Of a stretch of 9,553 bases of DNA, positions 6,418-9,553 are shown in pieces. Made by a program: the position numbers and the translations under genes. Every line of letters starts with the position of its first letter. Within the stretch, counting starts at the first letter, position 1. The notes beneath the pieces were generated by a model. The model had not been told where the DNA came from and did not search any database. It saw only the letters and a program-made list of their open reading frames with translations. The DNA is from Okeania sp. (GTDB lineage Bacteria; Cyanobacteriota; Cyanobacteriia; Cyanobacteriales; Microcoleaceae): contig NZ_JAYKGW010000177.1 of the NCBI RefSeq assembly GCF_035285525.1, forward strand, positions 1-9,553. The letters run 5' to 3'.

Positions 6418-7605
6418 ATGGTTTCATCAATGCAAAAAGATCGAGCAGTAAGTTTGGAATTGATTCCCATATCCAAAATTACTGTGCCAGAGTCTCAGGA
6501 GAAAGATATTCCACCTGAAAGACATCAAGCTCTACTTAAGAGTCTTGCAGATCAAGGTTGTAACTTGATTCCACTACTTGTTAGATTAAAGGAGAACTAC
6601 GACTCTGAATCTGAACAGCAATACGAAATTATTCGTGGTGCTGATTGGTGTCAAGTTGCCAAAGAAATTGAAATCGAGGAACTATGGGCCTGGGTTTATG
6701 AAATGTCAGATGAACAAGTAGAAATAGCTATAGCAGAGATAGAGCAGTTAACTTATCAACTACATATCTCTGAAACACCAAACTTCGATCATCTACTGCA
6801 GCAACTTGAGGTATCATTTAATCAAAAAGTAGATTCTTTAACCAAAGAAATCGCTCAATCAATGAATAAAAATGAGGAGGTTATCAAAAAACAACTAAAA
6901 TCTTTTGACCAAAAAGTAGATTCTTTAACTCAAAAAATCGACCAATCAATGAATAAAAATGAGGAGGTTATCAAAAAACAACTAAAATCTTGGCAGGACA
7001 AAAGCATTGACATTAATCAAATTGAGCAGCTCAAAGATTTGATTACAAGCTTAGAAAATTCAATTAACAATAAGGTAGAAACATTGGCAGGAAAAATCGC
7101 AAGCTCAACAACTAAAAAAACAACATCTATTTCTACAGGAGTGAAAATGGAATTATTATCAAAACAACTTGACGATCTTGATAGACAAATAGAGAAAAAA
7201 CTCGAAGGGATGGTCAAAACAGTTAATCAGTTTTCTCAGTCAATTCAAGACTTAGAAGATGACTTAAAAGTTCAGGTCTCAGCCGTTCGACGTCATTTGC
7301 AGGCAATGCCAGAATTTGATTCTGTTGCCGAAGTAGAAACTAAAACTGATACACCAAGCAAGACAACGACCAAGAGTAAGTCCACTTCCACAACCTCTAA
7401 ACCTAAGACGACTAGCACAAAAACTACTACTAGAAAGACTAAATCTAGCTCACAGGTGGAGCCAGAAGTTCCCATTGATGATTATGATACTAAGTCACTG
7501 AGACAACTGAAGAAAATCGCCCAAGAACGGAAGTTGCGTGGTTATGCGCGGATGAAGCGTCCGGAAATTCTTAAGGCTCTTCGGGAAGCTGATGCTGCTA
7601 GTTAG
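6418..7605 (+). CDS. Chimeric protein: ParB/Srx-like N-terminal domain, long coiled-coil with an internal repeat, S/T/K-rich linker, and a C-terminal Rho_N (SAP/HeH-like) motif
   Basis: 395-aa ORF. The N-terminus, LELIPISKITVP...LLKSLADQGCNLIPLLVRL...YEIIRGADWCQVAKE, follows the ParB N-domain pattern (i-x-v-x-x-i ... S-i-x-x-x-G-x-x-x-P-i-i-V ... y-x-i-i-x-G-x-x-R-x-x-A), but GADW replaces the GERR arginine patch. Aa 309-345 are almost entirely T, S and K. The C-terminal LRQLKKIAQERKLRGYARMKRPEILKAL closely parallels the E. coli Rho N-terminal helix-extended-helix (ELITLGENMGLENLARMRKQDIIFAIL). Confidence 0.8.
   Translation: MVSSMQKDRAVSLELIPISKITVPESQEKDIPPERHQALLKSLADQGCNLIPLLVRLKENYDSESEQQYEIIRGADWCQVAKEIEIEELWAWVYEMSDEQVEIAIAEIEQLTYQLHISETPNFDHLLQQLEVSFNQKVDSLTKEIAQSMNKNEEVIKKQLKSFDQKVDSLTQKIDQSMNKNEEVIKKQLKSWQDKSIDINQIEQLKDLITSLENSINNKVETLAGKIASSTTKKTTSISTGVKMELLSKQLDDLDRQIEKKLEGMVKTVNQFSQSIQDLEDDLKVQVSAVRRHLQAMPEFDSVAEVETKTDTPSKTTTKSKSTSTTSKPKTTSTKTTTRKTKSSSQVEPEVPIDDYDTKSLRQLKKIAQERKLRGYARMKRPEILKALREADAAS
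6817..6990 (+). repeat. In-frame 87-bp (29-codon) tandem duplication inside the ParB-like gene
   Basis: 6817-6903 encodes FNQKVDSLTKEIAQSMNKNEEVIKKQLKS and 6904-6990 encodes FDQKVDSLTQKIDQSMNKNEEVIKKQLKS. I count 7 nucleotide differences, all in the first 39 nt. The last 48 nt of each copy are identical. Confidence 0.95.
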
Positions 7606-7636
7606 GATCGACTTAATCCTGAGTATTGAAAGTTGC

Positions 7637-7660
7637 CCCATTCATTATGGGATGATTTTA
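7637..7660 (+). terminator. Weak hairpin plus T-rich tail downstream of the ParB-like gene
   Basis: cccat (7637-7641) pairs with atggg (7647-7651), with a 5-nt loop, followed by atgatttta. The stem is short, so this is tentative. Confidence 0.2.
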
Positions 7661-7887
7661 ATATTCCCCCAAAAATTTGTCCGGATCGAGCAATAGCTTC
7701 AGCTTGTGCAAGTTTAACAAATGAAATAGACTTCTCCAAAAATTAATCTCAAACCCTTGAAATACTAAGGTAGAAATTTAGTGGTTGGAGATGTCTAATT
7801 AGGTAGGGCTGGCGCTCAAAAGTCTTTTGGTTAAGAATAGGAAGAAGTCAGAGTCCAGAATCCAAAAGGAATAAAGATTATAGAAGA

Positions 7888-7915
7888 GTAGGGACGTTGT
7901 ATGCAACGTCCGTAC
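7888..7915. repeat. Second member of the gtagggacgtt palindromic hairpin family
   Basis: gtagggacgttg (7888-7899) pairs with caacgtccgtac (7904-7915), a 12-bp stem with one mismatch at 7912. It shares its first 11 nt with the hairpin at 4150. Confidence 0.6.
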
Positions 7916-8182
7916 AGAATAATCAACAGCATGATTTTCAGCCCCTATCTTACCTGCCTAAATTGTGATCTTGACAATTTTGGATTTGAGAACGCATCAA
8001 CTCCACTTGTTATAGAGATAGGAAAATAATGTGGCATCATCATTAAATTTGATAAAATATCGGTCTGTGGCAGCATCAAAACCAGAGGGTATATTATTAA
8101 TTTGACTGGTAGTCCTGTATATGGTGTTGTATAACAGATTAGCTATAATAAAGACAAATTATAGATAGGACTTACCTACCTT

Positions 8183-9391
8183 ATGAGAATTTTAATGATT
8201 TCCTCTACTTTCCCTTATCCTCCTAGCCAAGGTGGTACACACATTAGAACATTTAATTTACTGAAATATCTGAGCCATAAACACTCTGTTACTTTGGTAA
8301 CACAACGTTCTCCAGATGTCAATGATGCGGAGGTAGATTCATTGCGAGCTTTTGTAGAAGAGTTGGCCATGTTCCCCTGTCCTCAAAAACCTAATCAAGG
8401 AATTGGGCAAAAGCTCAGACGTTTTAGTAATTTTTTAATTGAAGGTACTCCACCAAGCGTTCTCTCAAGATATTCCCCAGAAATGCAAAAATGGATAGAT
8501 GATTTTGTGGGAGCAGGTAAATGTGAGGCTATATTGTGCGAACATTCTGTTAATGAAATTTATGTCCGCCCTCAATGGCAGGAGAAAGTAAAAACCTTAG
8601 TTAATGTCCACAGTTCAGTTTATGGTAGTTGTCGGCTACAGTTGGAAACTGGTACGGAAGAGAAACCGTGGCGAGATAGAATTAATCTTCCTCTACTCCT
8701 GCGTTATGAAAAACGGTATTGCTCAAAATTTTCTCATATAGTGGCAACAACTGAGGATGATGGGAAACAATTGCAGGAATTTAGCCCAAATAGTAAAATT
8801 GCTGTTATTCCCAATGGGGTAGATCTTAGTCAGTTTCCTTATCGTAGTGCGGATCCAGGAGGAAAAAAATTAGTTTTTGTGGGAGCTATGGATTATTTAT
8901 CTAACATTGATGCCGCTCGGTTTCTGACTCTGGAGATATTGCCGAAGGTACAAGAACGTTATCCGGATACAACTTTAGCATTGGTAGGGACAAGACCTGT
9001 ACCGGAAGTAAAGGAACTTGCAACTCATCCAGGAGTAAAAGTTACGGGTCGTGTACCTTCAGTGGTAGATTATTTTCATCAAGCTACGGTTTGTGTAATT
9101 CCTATGCGTAGTGGTTTTGGGATTAAAAATAAAACTTTAGAGTCAATGGCAACAGGTATCCCGGTTGTGGCCAGTGACCGGGGGTTAGAGGGGTTAGCAG
9201 CTGATGGTGCAGATACACCACTTAGAGCATTAAGGGCTAATGATGTGGGAGAATATGTAGAGGCTATTGGGCGATTATTTGAGGATGGACAGTTGAGACA
9301 AAAGTTGTCAGAGAACGGGCGATCGCTCATCGAAACCGACTATACTTGGGAGGTTCAAGGTCACCGCTATGAGCAGGTTTTACTAGGATAA
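8183..9391 (+). CDS. Glycosyltransferase, family 4 (GT-B fold, 'glycosyl transferases group 1')
   Basis: 402-aa ORF. The N-terminus MRILMISSTFPYPPSQGGTHIRTFNLLKYL is the typical GT4 N-domain start. The C-terminal domain has LVFVGAMDY...LALVG...V.VTGRV and the nucleotide-sugar-binding helix GFGIKNKTLESMATGIPVVASD (the G-x-x-NK-x-LE-x-MA-x-G-x-PVV variant seen in exopolysaccharide-associated GT4 enzymes). It has higher GC than the minus-strand genes and contains a HIP1 site. Confidence 0.9.
   Translation: MRILMISSTFPYPPSQGGTHIRTFNLLKYLSHKHSVTLVTQRSPDVNDAEVDSLRAFVEELAMFPCPQKPNQGIGQKLRRFSNFLIEGTPPSVLSRYSPEMQKWIDDFVGAGKCEAILCEHSVNEIYVRPQWQEKVKTLVNVHSSVYGSCRLQLETGTEEKPWRDRINLPLLLRYEKRYCSKFSHIVATTEDDGKQLQEFSPNSKIAVIPNGVDLSQFPYRSADPGGKKLVFVGAMDYLSNIDAARFLTLEILPKVQERYPDTTLALVGTRPVPEVKELATHPGVKVTGRVPSVVDYFHQATVCVIPMRSGFGIKNKTLESMATGIPVVASDRGLEGLAADGADTPLRALRANDVGEYVEAIGRLFEDGQLRQKLSENGRSLIETDYTWEVQGHRYEQVLLG
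9319..9326. repeat. HIP1 octamer GCGATCGC
   Basis: Exact GCGATCGC within the glycosyltransferase gene. Confidence 0.8.
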
Positions 9392-9420
9392 TGAAAAAAA
9401 AGATTGATAATGCCAATAGT

Positions 9421-9480
9421 AGGGGCGGGTTTTTATCTAAGAGTTCAATGCTCAACCCAAAATTAAGTAAACCCGCCCCT
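9421..9480. repeat. GC-rich 12-bp inverted repeat (MITE-like ends, or a long-loop hairpin downstream of the glycosyltransferase gene)
   Basis: aggggcgggttt (9421-9432) is the exact reverse complement of aaacccgcccct (9469-9480), which recurs at 9530-9541. The arms are separated by 36 nt. The right arm is followed by gaaaattaatttttt. Confidence 0.6.
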
Positions 9481-9553
9481 GAAAATTAATTTTTTATCTA
9501 AGAGTTCAATGCTCAACCCAAAATTAAGTAAACCCGCCCCTGAAAATTAATTT
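9430..9553. repeat. Perfect 61-bp tandem duplication running into the window edge
   Basis: 9430-9490 and 9491-9551 are identical (tttttatctaagagttcaatgctcaacccaaaattaagtaaacccgcccctgaaaattaat). 9552-9553 begin a further copy. The true copy number is unknown because the window ends. Confidence 0.95.

Noticed and set aside
6866-6960. Strong Shine-Dalgarno-like gaggagg in each copy of the 87-bp intragenic repeat, suggesting internal translation starts
   Set aside because: No ATG, GTG or TTG lies at a suitable 5-10 nt distance downstream (the sequence continues ttatcaaaaaacaac). The motif simply encodes the EE of NEEV.
7017-7475. Two minus-strand ORFs (7017-7217 and 7293-7475)
   Set aside because: Both lie antisense inside the ParB-like CDS. 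The second is simply the complement of the S/T/K-rich tract, giving a V/L/G low-complexity peptide.
9079-9330. 83-aa minus-strand ORF
   Set aside because: It is antisense to the strongly supported glycosyltransferase C-terminal domain and is a shadow ORF.
9430-9553. CRISPR-like repeat at the right edge
   Set aside because: The two 61-bp copies are directly adjacent with no spacer sequence, so this is a tandem duplication.

Overview
This AT-rich window is probably from a filamentous (Nostocales-like) cyanobacterium. The evidence is two perfect HIP1 octamers (GCGATCGC at 1283-1290 and 9319-9326), an STRR-like heptamer microsatellite, and several families of short dispersed palindromic or MITE-like repeats. 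I support five protein-coding genes, about 6.1 kb or roughly 64% of the window. Three lie on the minus strand: a Cas4/RecB-family PD-(D/E)XK protein with four Fe-S-type cysteines (640-1545), a 664-aa ORC/STAND-like P-loop NTPase (1947-3941), and a 274-aa protein built from repeated winged-helix-like units (4380-5204). Two lie on the plus strand: a chimeric ParB/Srx-like, coiled-coil, S/T/K-rich, Rho_N (SAP-like) protein (6418-7605) and a GT4 glycosyltransferase (8183-9391). The remainder is unusually repeat-dense non-coding DNA. It includes a 45/46-bp tandem array at the left edge, a 1.2-kb gene-free divergent region with a duplicated ~85-bp structured element, and a 61-bp tandem duplication at the right edge. 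The most interesting candidate is the AT-rich minus-strand trio of wHTH protein, NTPase and Cas4-like protein. The Cas4-like member appears to keep its Fe-S ligands but to have lost the canonical catalytic D / (D/E)xK residues. I recognise no known named system in this trio, so it is a plausible but unproven defence or DNA-surveillance module. No rRNA, tRNA, CRISPR array, transposase or integrase could be supported by eye.
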